Assembly (NCBI GenBank): GCA_010093605.1 | Contig: MU004182.1 | Location: 62,001-126,000, forward strand | Direction: 5' to 3' | Source: Lophium mytilinum | Lineage: Eukaryota | Length of the DNA: 64,000 nt | Shown: positions 34,843 through 46,923 of the stretch, piece by piece | Layout: every line of letters starts with the position of its first letter | Position numbering within the stretch: the stretch's first letter is position 1 | Notes under the pieces: model-generated | Seen by the model: only the letters and a program-made list of their open reading frames with translations | Told to the model about the DNA's origin: nothing | The model's database searches: none | Position numbers and translations under genes: made by a program

Positions 34843-36345
34843 TCACCGCAGAGTAGAGCGGTGTTGAGATGCGTCGTCATCGCCAGAAGAGTCAGATGAA
34901 CGTTCGTCCTCGAAATGGAACTTGTACCTCTTCAATACCCTCTTCGGCTGCTGCCTTTGTTCCTGGTGGCCTATCCTCCAGACGCACTTGCACTGGCTAC
35001 CCGGCCCATGATCGCAGGTATCTAGAGGATGGGTGATGAGCCAAATATCCCGATTGTCGCAAGGATAAGCGCAGTCGCACTTGGGTGGAAGATCTTCAAA
35101 CGGGATTAATTCGATAGCGGTCATCTCGTTCCTTAGGTCGATTTCGGTTCCGCTGTTCTGGCTATCGAATATTCCACGCCACTTAGCCTGGATGCTGTTC
35201 TTGACATATCCTTCCAGGTACACTTTCGGAATATGACCCACGTACTGCGTCGCGAATATCATAATCCAGTCGACTACCGTGTTATGGCAGCCCATGGGCA
35301 ACTCCCCCTCCGGGCCGCGGTAGTTCTTCTCACACCGGTCGATGCACCACGGATCCGTAAATTGACCATACATGGGTGATGGAAACTTGATCCCCAGGCG
35401 CTGGAGTGTCGGGACGTTGCAGAAGAACTCTTGTGCTGGTGGCGGTGACGTGATTCTGCCCTCGTCGAGCCAGGGTTGGACGCGGACGCCGAAGAAGTAG
35501 ATGTACTCCATCAACGAAAGGGACAACCCGATGTGGGTAAGAACATTAGGTATTGGCACCTCAGGTGCTTTGAGAAGCGGCAGGATGTCCGCGTGTCTCT
35601 GATCCGCGAACGAAACCCGACCGAGGAACGCCGCGTCCTTGCACTCCTCATACACCTGCTTGCTGACACGAAGCAGTGCGAAGTTCGGCGCATCAACGAT
35701 ATCCCCACGCCGCACCGTACCTTCCCATTCCTCAGGCGGCGTATACCCGTGTCCGAGACTCGCGACACAGGTCTCGTCGCTCTCTTCAGTCGCGCGGGAA
35801 TAGGTTTCTGGGAAGAGATCCATCCCAATCGCCTGCCCGAAAACCGCCAACCTCAACTCCTTAGGGAGTTCCATGACGCGAAACTGCTTCCCGTTACTCG
35901 CCCACCACTGGGCCTGCTTCCGGAACCCGACGTCTCCGACATACTGCTCTGCGTCTCGGTGGAGCGTTTGGACCCATTCCTGGAAGTTAATCCATACCCT
36001 CCGGATCTTGACTTCGAGACGGTTGCCGGCGACGAAGCAGTCGGGCAATTTGTTGAATCTCCGCTTGTACAAGCTGCCGTTTTCCCAGCGGATTGCGAGC
36101 GTGCGGGAGAGGAGCCCGGGTTGGGTGCTTTCGACTATGGTGTAGTACCCAGCATTCTCGCCGTCGTCTTTTCGTAGTGCGGGAAGCCGGCGGGACTCGT
36201 CTGGGGTGGTCTTCCGGATCTCAATGTGAGCTAGGAAAGCGGCTATCGAGTCTTGACGGAGCTTTTTGAGGACGGACTTTGCGGCGAGGAGAATGGTGTC
36301 GGTCTCCTTTGTACGTCGGGGTATTGGCAGTGTAGAGCTGCTCAT
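34843..36345 (-). CDS. F-box-like hypothetical protein, paralog 1 (intronless)
   Basis: Single ~500-aa ORF with WWASNG.FR.MELPKELRL, PNFALLRVSKQ, CH..VVDWI, HIPKVYLEGY and PPKCDC..C; TATAAA at ~36482-36487. Confidence 0.8.
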   Translation of the reverse strand: MSSSTLPIPRRTKETDTILLAAKSVLKKLRQDSIAAFLAHIEIRKTTPDESRRLPALRKDDGENAGYYTIVESTQPGLLSRTLAIRWENGSLYKRRFNKLPDCFVAGNRLEVKIRRVWINFQEWVQTLHRDAEQYVGDVGFRKQAQWWASNGKQFRVMELPKELRLAVFGQAIGMDLFPETYSRATEESDETCVASLGHGYTPPEEWEGTVRRGDIVDAPNFALLRVSKQVYEECKDAAFLGRVSFADQRHADILPLLKAPEVPIPNVLTHIGLSLSLMEYIYFFGVRVQPWLDEGRITSPPPAQEFFCNVPTLQRLGIKFPSPMYGQFTDPWCIDRCEKNYRGPEGELPMGCHNTVVDWIMIFATQYVGHIPKVYLEGYVKNSIQAKWRGIFDSQNSGTEIDLRNEMTAIELIPFEDLPPKCDCAYPCDNRDIWLITHPLDTCDHGPGSQCKCVWRIGHQEQRQQPKRVLKRYKFHFEDERSSDSSGDDDASQHRSTLR

Positions 36346-37062
36346 GGTGTCAGGCTGTGACTCCAAAGGGGGCTGGCTGTCGAAAGAGTGGTGGTGGGTT
36401 GAGGTGGTGGGTGTGTGTGGGTGTGTGGGTGTGGAAGATGGCTTTGGGAACGGAAGGAGAGAAAATTACACAATGTCCTTATTTATATGCAGCGTTAAAC
36501 TCTGCGCGAACGTCGCGCCAGGCTGTTCGCGAGTGAATTGAAGTTCACCAACATAGTCTGCCAACGCTACAATGACTCGTCATAGAAACCTGTGCGCTCT
36601 TTCACCACTGCTTGAGGGGGTCTTGAAGTGGTTTTTTTTGGCAATCCGAACAAGAGAGAATTACGGCATTTTGGTCTCCTAGTAAACTCGCGAGGGTACT
36701 CCAGACAGTCTCAATCCAGTGCACATAGGTTGAAGGTGTATTCGCTGCCCCATTTCTACGGTACGAGGGAGCCCCATATGTGATATTGGGGAAGTGTACG
36801 AATATCTAGAGCATTTCTTTTAAAGTTGTGACTACCAAAAAGGCTCTCGTTAGAGGTATACATGTACTCATTGAGTATCCAGAAGCCTCAAGAATCCACA
36901 CCTCACCAACCCCAAAGCTCTAGCCCGAGACTTACCCACACGTCCAGATCATCAATGCTTTCGCAAACTTAGATCCGCTCTTGGAACGTGGAGTCGTTCC
37001 TAGCCCGGATACCGTCTCCGCATAGCACACCAATCGCAAGTGCTATGCCTTGTCACTCAAGT

Positions 37063-38557
37063 CTAATCCTCGTAATCAAAGACGTGACGACCACAGCCGT
37101 TTCGGCGGCAGTTGGTGGTACAAACGCAAAACGGTGGTCTAAATTCCGACGTCAGTACCAAATCTACAAAAACGGATAGTGGCCAACTCACCTGTCGCTC
37201 ATTAACGCAGCGCGGATTGCCAAAAGCTCGTTGCTGAGGTCAACGTGGTTCCCGGTCTGTTGAGCCTTGAAGATCCCTTCCCACTTGTTCTTGACACTCG
37301 TCTTGATGTAGCCCTCTATGTACACCCTGGGAATATGCTCGACAAACTCCTTAGCGTGGGCGAGGATCCAGTCGGACATCACTTTCTGGCAGGCGTGAGG
37401 TCCCGAGTCGTCCCAATTCTGCCATGGTTCTATTCGCAGAGCTTCGTAGGGCCGGAGAAAGTTGAAGCCAAGACTCTTTAGGTTAGGGAGGTTGTTCTTC
37501 GAGAGGAGGGCACCAGCTGGTGCCGCGACCCTGGCATTGTGTTGCGTCTCGAGGCTAACCATCGAGAAGAAGTGCAAGTATTCAGACGCCTTGAATGATA
37601 GACAAACATGACTGAGTGTGTTGTACGACACTGTGTTCTGAATCCGCGGTAAGCAGCGATCAGCCAGGGAGAGTGACTTGAAGTTGAGGCGGCTGGATTC
37701 CCATGCGATCTGATGGGATTCTGCGAAGATTTGCTTGCACGACCGCATCAGTGCATAGTTAGGGCCCTCAACCACGTCTTTCTTGGAGTCTTTGATGTAG
37801 CCCTCCCAATCGGAAACGACGCATCCCGGACGAACTTGATCCCATGGCCTGAATTCGTTCCCTAGAGTAAGAGCATCGGGGTAGTCCTTGTCCGTCTCGA
37901 GACGATGAATGGTGGGATATATATCCGTACCATTCGCCTGCTCGTAGAAACACAAACGAAGCTCTTTTGGAAGCTCCATGAACCTGAAAGGTTTCTTGCC
38001 GTTGCTTGCCCACCATCGTAGTTGCTTTGTATAGCCGCGCTTCCCAGGAACTCCTCCTTCTGGAACGGCAACTCTGAGAGCCAGTCCACGAACCGCATCC
38101 ATTCACCGCGGATCTTGATCTCGATCCGAGTAGCTGTGATATATCGATCCCTTTCAACATTGAACCGGGCCTTGAACACGGTGCCGCTATCCCAGCGTAC
38201 TAGGTGGGTGCGAGTGAGAAAGCCCGGCTCGAGGCGCTCAGTGATGGTATACCAGCCGGCATTATCTCCATCCTCTATATCCAGTCAGGTATGAGGTAAG
38301 AAAGGTTAGAAAATAGACGAACCTTTGCGTTTCGTGGGAAGACGAGCCACTTCATCTTTGGCTACCTTTCGCACGTCGATCCCGGCTACGAAGGCTTGCA
38401 GAGATCGCCGACGCTCGCGCCCAAGAATGCCCTTCATCGCAAGGAAAAGATTGTCGGTTTCCTTTCCCTTCCCTTTCCTTTGATTCAGAGGTTTGGTGCT
38501 GCCCGAAGCCATGGTCTTTGATGCGGCCACGACTGATTGATCAAGGAGACTTGGCAT
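37063..38557 (-). pseudogene. F-box-like hypothetical protein, paralog 2 (two introns, one 1-nt frameshift)
   Basis: ATG 38557, introns 38275-38322 and 37139-37191. Frame switches at 38043-38045 (KEEFLG / KRGYTKQLRWWASNG). Ends PPFCVCTTNC..VFDYED*. May be an intact gene with an assembly indel. Confidence 0.7.
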
Positions 38558-39801
38558 TTTTCTTGACCCAACGTTGCGAGTGGGGGGAGGATGTGCAGAA
38601 GGGTTGGGGAAAGAAGGGCTGTAGAAACAGCGACGTCCTTTATAAGCCTGCTGCCGTTGATTGCAATGAAGATCTGCCACTCCACAAATCATCTTTTACG
38701 CCGAGCACGTGCTCATTCCGGTATAGCTTCAATGGTGATGCTACGTTTCTATAGCATATAGTGCAAAATATTTCGGCTGCTTGTAAGTAAGATCCATCAA
38801 GTACACACCCACGGGCATTTGACTCAGTGTAATCCGTGTGCTGATGGATCTTGCCTTTGGTTTTCTGATTTATCCCTTTAGTGGCCGGGGGATCGAATCC
38901 TGGGAATGACATTTCTCGTCATTTTCTTTTTTGAATCCATTAATGTTATCCCATCCCTTCTCTTCCGAAATGTCTGTAAACATCCCGACAACAAGAGCGC
39001 AGCGCAACGCTGAATGAAATCATACAATCGCGGGAAATTGGTGTATTATCTGAGTTTATTCGCAGGTGAATGAAAAGGAAGGGTCGATCAAACGGAACAC
39101 TTCGAATAAAGGGATTAATAAGTTGCCGGCTGGTCTTCTTCGAAGAGTGATTTCTTGCGTCATCGTTCTTGCTGTAATAGAAATGTATAAGAAAAATAGA
39201 CACATTGCTTCGTCAGGTAGCTCCACAACCAAATAGAGGTTGCATGTAAGTGTGGATAGGCTCTGCGAAGCGAAGCAGACCGATATCCTTCTTCGAACGC
39301 TTCGACTTCTTCAACTATGCATTGAACGAAGCCTGCAACGCCGTAATACGTATACCAGACTGCTGGGGACTGATTGAGTTGGAGTGTGATCCGAGGGTTC
39401 AAGAAGATATATGAGCAAGACAAACCTGAGCTCTCTTGAAGAGACTTGGTTGCGAACTAGCAAATAACAATCATAGAGCGAAATTGCAAACAGATAATGG
39501 CTCACCAGTATCTACGTCCACCATGTGCGACTTGGATAATAGTATGTGAGGCATTGCGCTAGAACGAAGATATGAAAGGTTCAGACTCATATTGAAGCCA
39601 AAAATAGGAGCAGCAAAGGCAAGGCTGTCCTTCAATCTCGATAATCGCTTGTGTACAGCCACGTCGCTTTTCGTCCAATCTTACAATTTCCCATCTCTTC
39701 CATGCATGTTCTCATATGATAGTTCTTTATATTCCCCTATCATGCCCTTCTGCACGCTAGTTCTGCCATATTCCGCAGCACCACAAACCGTCCTCAACAC
39801 C

Positions 39802-40321
39802 CTAACCCACCTCTTCAAACCCCATCCCAGCCAAACGCGCCCTCAAACATCGCGGGTATATACAACGCGCACCAAACCGCCCACCCAAACCCCACAAGTA
39901 TAATCAAACATCCCGCCCAGCGCGGCAACAACTCCTCCTCAGGTCTCGCGCGGAATCCCCGGCTGGCCAGCGGCAGGAGAGGCAGGCGGAGTCGCGATTC
40001 TACCTCCAGCAGAGACCCTTCGCTCGAGGAGGATTCGGGTTCATCGTCGAATAGCAGAGGTTCGTCGAAGCCGCTGTCTTGGTGTAGGGGTGGATCATGA
40101 CGCGGCTCGTGATTTTGCTAAAACATATGTCCCGTTAGCAGGGTCCACTATTCTATTTTTGCTTTGGGAACCTTGGAAAGGGGGTGTGGGTCTTACGGAA
40201 CCATCGTCCATTCCGCCATCTACTGCCTTTAGACCTCGCGGGAACTGGAATGTAGAGGCTTCAGAGGGCAGCTCTGGCTAGCGATCGCCTTTCGGACACT
40301 GGAACGGGTAGCTGAGGGCAT
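39802..40321 (-). CDS. Possible small protein with C-terminal TM helix (start unresolved)
   Basis: A GTAAGA..GCTAAC..TTAG intron near 40119-40196 joins to a frame ending WAGCLIILVGFGWAVWCALYIPAMF..*. The 5' part does not join cleanly. Confidence 0.3.
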
Positions 40322-40716
40322 TTCGTCAATTTGAGGTTGCACCCCGCTGCGCCTCAATATGCATGGGACGGGATGGAAGCGCTGTGATTGGCTGCAAAAT
40401 TAGTTTTTCATTCGACCAATCAGATTGCCGAGATTATGGAAGTTTGTAAGTTTTCAGTCTTGAGGGTCAATTCTCCGACACAATCAGTATCGAGCTTTCA
40501 GCGGGAGTACTTATGAGAGCAAATGAGCAAGGAATTCAAAATCTGCCCGGCTAATATCTCCAGACAAGCTACTCACTCTAGTTTTGTTCCTCCTCGCATC
40601 TACCTCCTAGGAGACCTCTACATTTGAAACCTTACTGCTCTCCTAACAGCTCTACAAAACGCTATCGCAGCTTGAGGCCCGATACAACCTAAGCTTCTCC
40701 GCCTTGCTTCGGCAGC

Positions 40717-42161
40717 TTAATCTCCGAAATCAAATTCCCATGGCCCAAGGCTATGCCGCTCGCACTGTGTGGTGCACTTGCAGCGCGGAGGCCTACGATT
40801 CACCATCAGCACTACTGTTTCACGAGGGAAGAGGTATCAGACTTACATGTCCTCTAACGTGAGAGACTGGATAGCGAGCAGATCGCTACTGATATCGCTG
40901 TATGTTCCGTTTCGCTGAGCCTTGAAGGTGGCGTTCCATTTCTCCTTTAGGCTCGTTTTGATGTATCCCTCTACGTAGACGAGGGGTATGTGTTCAACAG
41001 ATGCCTTGGCGTAAGCCATGATCCAGTCGACTGTCACTTTATGACAGACGACTGGCGCGTCGGTATCTGAAGTATACCAGCCCCAAAGAGGGTTAGGGAA
41101 GAAACTCGAGCTTCTGAACCACGGACTGTTGCTGGGATTTTCCGGGGACGCGAACTTGATGCCAAGTTCCTTCAGATTGGGGAGATTTGTCTTGGACAGC
41201 ACAGCCCGAGCTGATGTGTTGTGATTGAAGTATCCTGGGATCCCGCTCCAGGGCTGGACTTGCACCTCGAAGAATTGGATGTACTCTGACGTCTGGAAAC
41301 ACAGACTGATATGCGTCAGGACGCTAAACCGTGGCACGAGGTTCTTCAATCCAGGAATCACAAAAGCCATTGAGTTTTGCTGCGCGAAGCTCATTCGGCT
41401 CCCTTCCCAGGCTGTCTTGGTGGCTTCCTCAGATACTTGCTTGCTTACACGAAGCAAGGCGAGATTAGGGCCCTGCACCTCGTCCTTCCGTCTATAGTTC
41501 CATGGATACTCGTAGCCCTTTCCCAAGCTCACTAGGCCTTGCGGGCTTAGCTGCGGGTAGATATCGGTTCCCATAGCTTGCTCGTAGACGCAGAGGCGGA
41601 GCTCCTTTGGAAGATCCATTAGGCGGAAGCGCTGGCCATTGCTTGCCCACCACTGCTGCTGTCGGATGTAGCCAAGCTCTCCAACAAACTCCTTCTTCTG
41701 GCACGGAAGCTCCTCAATCCACTGCATAAAGAGCATCCACTGGCCATCAATCTTAACCTGAAGATGAAGCGGACGCACAAACTTGGCTAGATTGATGCTA
41801 TATCGCGGTACGCCGCCAGGCCGTTCGTTCCAGCGAATAAGAACGGTACGAGTGTGTTGACCGGGGTACATTCGTTCTGTGATGGAGTGGTATGCTGCGT
41901 TTTCTCCGTCGCCTGGCGGATTAGCTAAGGGTACTGACACTGTGAGCGTATTCACTTACTCTTGCGAGGTTTTGGGAGCTGAGAAGCCTCTTCCTTGGTG
42001 GTTCTCCTCGCGTTGATGTGAGCTACGGAGCCTGGAAGGGATTCGACGCGCTGTTGTTTGAGAAAACTCCTCGTGGCTAGTGAGATTTTGTGGATTTGCT
42101 TCTCCCGTTTTGAAGCTTGGTCGTCATCTGACTCCGCTGCGAAGGTCACTTTTGATGGCAT
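40717..42161 (-). CDS. F-box-like hypothetical protein, paralog 3 (two introns)
   Basis: ATG 42161, introns 41913-41959 and 40793-40846, same motif series as paralogs 1 and 2, ends PPRCKCTTQC..EFDFGD*; TATA at ~42293-42298. Confidence 0.8.
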
Positions 42162-42926
42162 GGTGTGTAGTAAAGAGCTGGATTGCAGGAGAGATGTTTT
42201 GTCTACAGCGTGCGAGATCCTGGCGGCCTGGGATTTGGGGGCGCGTTGAGGAAGAGATGAAGAGCAAGAAAAAAGACAAGGTGCCTCATTCTTATATAGG
42301 TCTCCTCCTGTAGAGTTTAGTGAATACCTGATTCCTAGCAGAGTACCGCGTGTAGCCGTACTACCTAAATTACAAAACTGGAGCTTTATATGTAACGTCG
42401 AACTTCAATTAGGGAGGAGGGTCTCGAAGGAGGCGCCGAAACGCGACAAGGTAGTAGACGATGAAGAAGATGACTGGCTATGTACGATAAAGAACTGACT
42501 ACGGCTCGTTGAACCTTGTATGATCTTAGAAGAAAGAGTTCAATTACTCCAGACCGATTGCTAGTCGCTTTTCTATAGACTGGCGAATATTCGCTTCCTC
42601 GTGTGCACGCTGTCGCTGCAGAGGAGAGCTTCCTTGCTCGTAAAAGAAATATAATACTATTACGATCCGATATACAGGCTTACCTTCTGACTAGAATGTA
42701 GCATTCTCGTAGATCCTGAAATATCCTTTTTTGGCATTGAGTCGGAGAACGTAGTTGAAACAAAAAACGTACACCATGTACACTATAATCGCTAAAAGTC
42801 ATCAAATTAGACCGTAAAAGACGACGGGAAAATGCCCTATACCCCCCATTTTCCTTGCGCCCATGCCGCCGGATATTTGTAGATGATGACCCGTGAAAAC
42901 CAAAGAAATATCCACTCAACCCAGGT

Positions 42927-44243
42927 TTACGCCCCCCACGCCTTCGAACTCGTCCCCAACCCCCTCTGCCGTTCAGCCTCCTGCGTCGTCCACTCGTTCC
43001 CCACAACCTGCGTACTTTGCACACTGACATCCTGGCTCTTGTAGATGCCCGGGTTGCCATTTCGTGTCGTCAGCTCGACTTGACTATCGCCGCCATCGCT
43101 AAGCCGCTCCATTCGATCCACGCCCTTTCCTCTCTGTGTGCGAGCATCGGTACGCGATGAGAGACCAGACTTCGATAACACGGAGTTGAAGACGCGAGTA
43201 ACGGGGTTCGACGACTTCGGGTCAGAGGAGGTGGAGAGCTCGCCGGCCTTGCGGAGGAGAGGGCGGAGGGCTGGCAGACAGGCTACAATGATGGAGGTGG
43301 CCATTTCAGCCATGGACATGACGTCTAGGGTCGGTTAGATAAGTTGTTCCGAGGTCTTAGTTTGTCCTCTACTTACAAACCGAGTTGAATTCATTAGAAT
43401 AGATGATCGTAGTAAATCGGGCCACATTGACGGCGATAGTGATGAGTCCGAGCCCGAAAGTAAATATGAGACCGTAGAGTTGGGTTTTCTTGAGTTTGAG
43501 GTGTCTGAGAAGGGGGAACGGGAGCGCAAAGACTGACATTCACGATATGGTAAGCTGCGTGTTCCCGGGCACTCATGCATATCGATGTTACTTACTGAAA
43601 ACGTCCGAGATGAAATTGAGGGCCCAGTCTAGGTGGAATAGAGGTAAGGAGTCAAAGGACGAACAAGCGCCTTCCTTCAAGGACCAGTTCGACGCTACGT
43701 TTGATCCACACCAGAACGTATCCGCAAAGCATGTGAGCACACAAGAGGCCGTGGTGAATCCGGTTACGACCCAAAAAGCCTGTCGGAGTCTTGGCATCGT
43801 GTTGGGAAACAGCCTCGTGTATAACGCAAGTATCGAGAATTTCGGGAAGTAAATGGCTGTGTCGTAAAAATAGTTTCCAGCGAACGCGATCTATAATGGT
43901 TGGTGGTTAGCGAACATAGAGGCGAGTAAGGAAGAATTGCTTACCTTTGCTAGTTTAACGATCTTTTTCGGGTCTTCGACTTCGGCATCACCCATGCCAC
44001 CAAGTTGATAGGTCATCGTGTCGGTAATAGCTAGGCCAAGAGCGAGTATCGAAGAAATCAAGAGAAACGCATCCGACACTACTAAGCTCTTTTGCTGCTG
44101 GAGAAGCCGGACAACCAAGCGTGTGCCGACGAAAATAAAAGATATTACCAGCAGTGCCCATTCTGTCGCCTGGAACTTGATCAGAATTGAAGAGACGAAA
44201 CAAAGGACCGGCTTACCATGACAGACGCCCCTGTAATCCCCAT
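42927..44243 (-). CDS. PTH11-like (rhodopsin-domain) integral membrane protein, multi-exon
   Basis: FVGTRLVVR, SDAFLL, YFPKFSILALY.RLFP, FWC..VASNW, DWALNFISD and EMATSIIVACLPALRPLL. Confidence 0.85.
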
Positions 44244-46923
44244 GGTGAACACAAAGCAAGGCAAAAATGGACGATCGCGGGGGTGAAAGGAAGGGAAAGG
44301 TGAAATGGGTCTGCTGTTCAGGGTATATACTATGCATGCAAACCGTGGGCCCGGGAGCCTTATGGTCATCCGGCTTTCGAGGTCTGGTATCCGCTAGATG
44401 ATAGCGGGCCCCCACATCAAGGGATCACTAAGAGGAACGAGATTCGAAATGGAACCAAGCACGCTCACCAATAGCATCCGTGTCACTCGGGAGCCAACAC
44501 AGTCCGCGTCCGAAGGCAAAGGGTGGACCTGGAAGGATTCGATTTAACTTTCGGGGGTAAAGTTCGAGCAGGGCTAGAAGCCGCAGAAAACCCAAGTAGT
44601 GCATTAAACCCACTATAATGCGATCATCTCAGGGGTGTTCGCGGTGGATCCATGTTGACGCTCTATTGCGCGTGCTAAGTGACAGGAGCGCTGTCACCCC
44701 CACTTAGTATTCAATCCACGCAATTCTCCGCGTCCAAACAGTCCGACACTGAGTTGAAGCCGTAAATACAGCTCTGCGTATTTGGATTTTCACAAGATGC
44801 TCTTGCTGTCGAGCTGTTGACGCTAACAGGATTGTTCTGGATAGATTTTCTGCGGGGGGTCGGGGGGTGGCAGCTCTGCCCGATACCCGCTGTGCCACTG
44901 GCGGGTGGTGAATTGCCACATAACGGCGCCACGCGACCGTCGGAGTGTTGTTATCGACAACTAAAGGCTCTGCTCGGCGTTAGGACTCCATGTCAGGGAT
45001 CGGGGAGCCATCCACAGCTGACGAGAGTGGCACAGTGGCTCTTCTTCGGCCTTCGAGCTTCGCAACTCATTTATCGTCCTCTTACACTGCTCTCCTCCCC
45101 CAATCAGGGAGAATAGAGGTCAGCTGGGCCGGCCTGCATATCTGGAAACCGGAAGCAGGCAAAGGTGGCCAGCATGTAGCGTGAGGCAAGGTGTACCTAG
45201 GCAAGTTTAGGGATGGAGTTCGAAGATGATACGATCCCCGCAGGGCCCCTGGATGGATGATGGACGCTGCATTCCCGGAGTGCCTGAAGCACAAACCCGG
45301 CTCTAGCTCCAACCTTATTCTAGCCACGCCTTTGACCTCTTCGACACTTGAACCACTGCCGCAGCTCCGATCCTCCAAACATCGCCATCGCCATCTCAGC
45401 CAATACCTTTGTATGCCATGGCCTCGATTGCATCAATTGCGCAACGGGGGCACTGGGCTCGGCGTTGAGAGACGGCTAGCAAACGGCAGAGCTTTAGCAG
45501 ACTTCGCCCCGGCGTAGCCAAACCTTGCCGAGTCAGGCGCGAGCGAGCGGCAGGCTTTTCTTTGACCTTTGCCACGACCCGGAATTCTCACGATGCGACA
45601 TTCTGTGATCTATCGAATCGCACGGGCGAAGCATTTGCCAAGAGTCCGAGGCTGCACGCACAGCACTCGAGAAGAGGCCATGAAGACTGCTCTCGTTTGC
45701 GGCGTAAGGAGATCATCAAGCCGCCTCAGATGACGAGCAAAAGCGTCAAGTCGAGGCGGGACTGACTCGAAGACTGATGGCCCCGAGCAATCCGGTCTTC
45801 AGGCTACGCGAAACTCTCGAGTCAACCAACGGCTCAGCAAGCCGCCATCTTTCGGGAGCCCGACGTGACACCGACGATAATCCACCAGTCTTGAAAGAAG
45901 TTTCACCTCGCACAGAGGTTGCGACGGATTAGGATGATTCTCTAAATCTGTTTCCAACGCCTCAAACTCCAGCATTTCATTTTCAGCTCGTCATCTTGTC
46001 CTATATGCAATGTCGCAGCTATTTTACTAGGTCTATGAACGAAACCGTCGAACCCACTTGCTGAGGACTAATGATGCTACCGGGGTCAGCCACTTGCTCG
46101 TAGCCTGTTTCCGAAGCCATGGTACCTGGGCAGGTACCAACGCTTCGGAAACAGGCTTCCAGGTGAATATTGGAAGTTAGGTGGGGAAGTATTGCGTAGT
46201 GCCAAACTACCACTAAAGCAAAAGTCCACTCCTGAAGCCCACCGACTCGTCACGGATTCTCACTCCATTCGTCGGCCGTCGGAAACTTCTGAAGGACCTG
46301 GTCTCCTATGACTCTGCTAGGACACTCTTTGATCCCCATGGCCTTGCAGCAATGAACTTGATCGAGACAGCGAACGTCAATACGAACTACTGCGCTACGA
46401 AATGCAGCAGCACCAGGCCAATAGAACGAAAGGTCCAGCAGGGTGGCTATCATCTCTCTCGCGTTTGCTGTCTCCATCGACTAAGTCAATGCCATTAAAG
46501 AACGAGACTATCGCAAGGATAGATAGCATATCGGCATCACACTCTCAACAGTCTACAACTTCACGAAAATACTACCTAGACAGACATCTTACGGACGGGG
46601 TCACCCCAGCATGAGACCTTGAAGCACGAGATACGTGGGTACTACCAAAGGAGTTTCTATTTAGTGACTGGACTCAGTCACTCTATCTTACCGAGCTCGC
46701 AATCTAGGAAATCAAAACACTAATCTGACAGTTGAGTACTTTTGTGGTGTTGCATTGCCAGTGTCCATGTCGGCTCGTTACCAGCCTACTACGAGCCCAG
46801 CACATGGTAGACGCGCCTAGGACTTGGTGGAAGGTATTCACCGTTAGTTCTAGGCTCTCTCACTCCTTACCTTTTCATGGCGATCGCCGCAGGGACTACC
46901 GTGGTCGGGGCTTCTACGCAAGG

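Noticed and set aside
44428..46900. Short ORFs upstream of the PTH11-like gene
   Set aside because: No coherent gene model; treated as intergenic.
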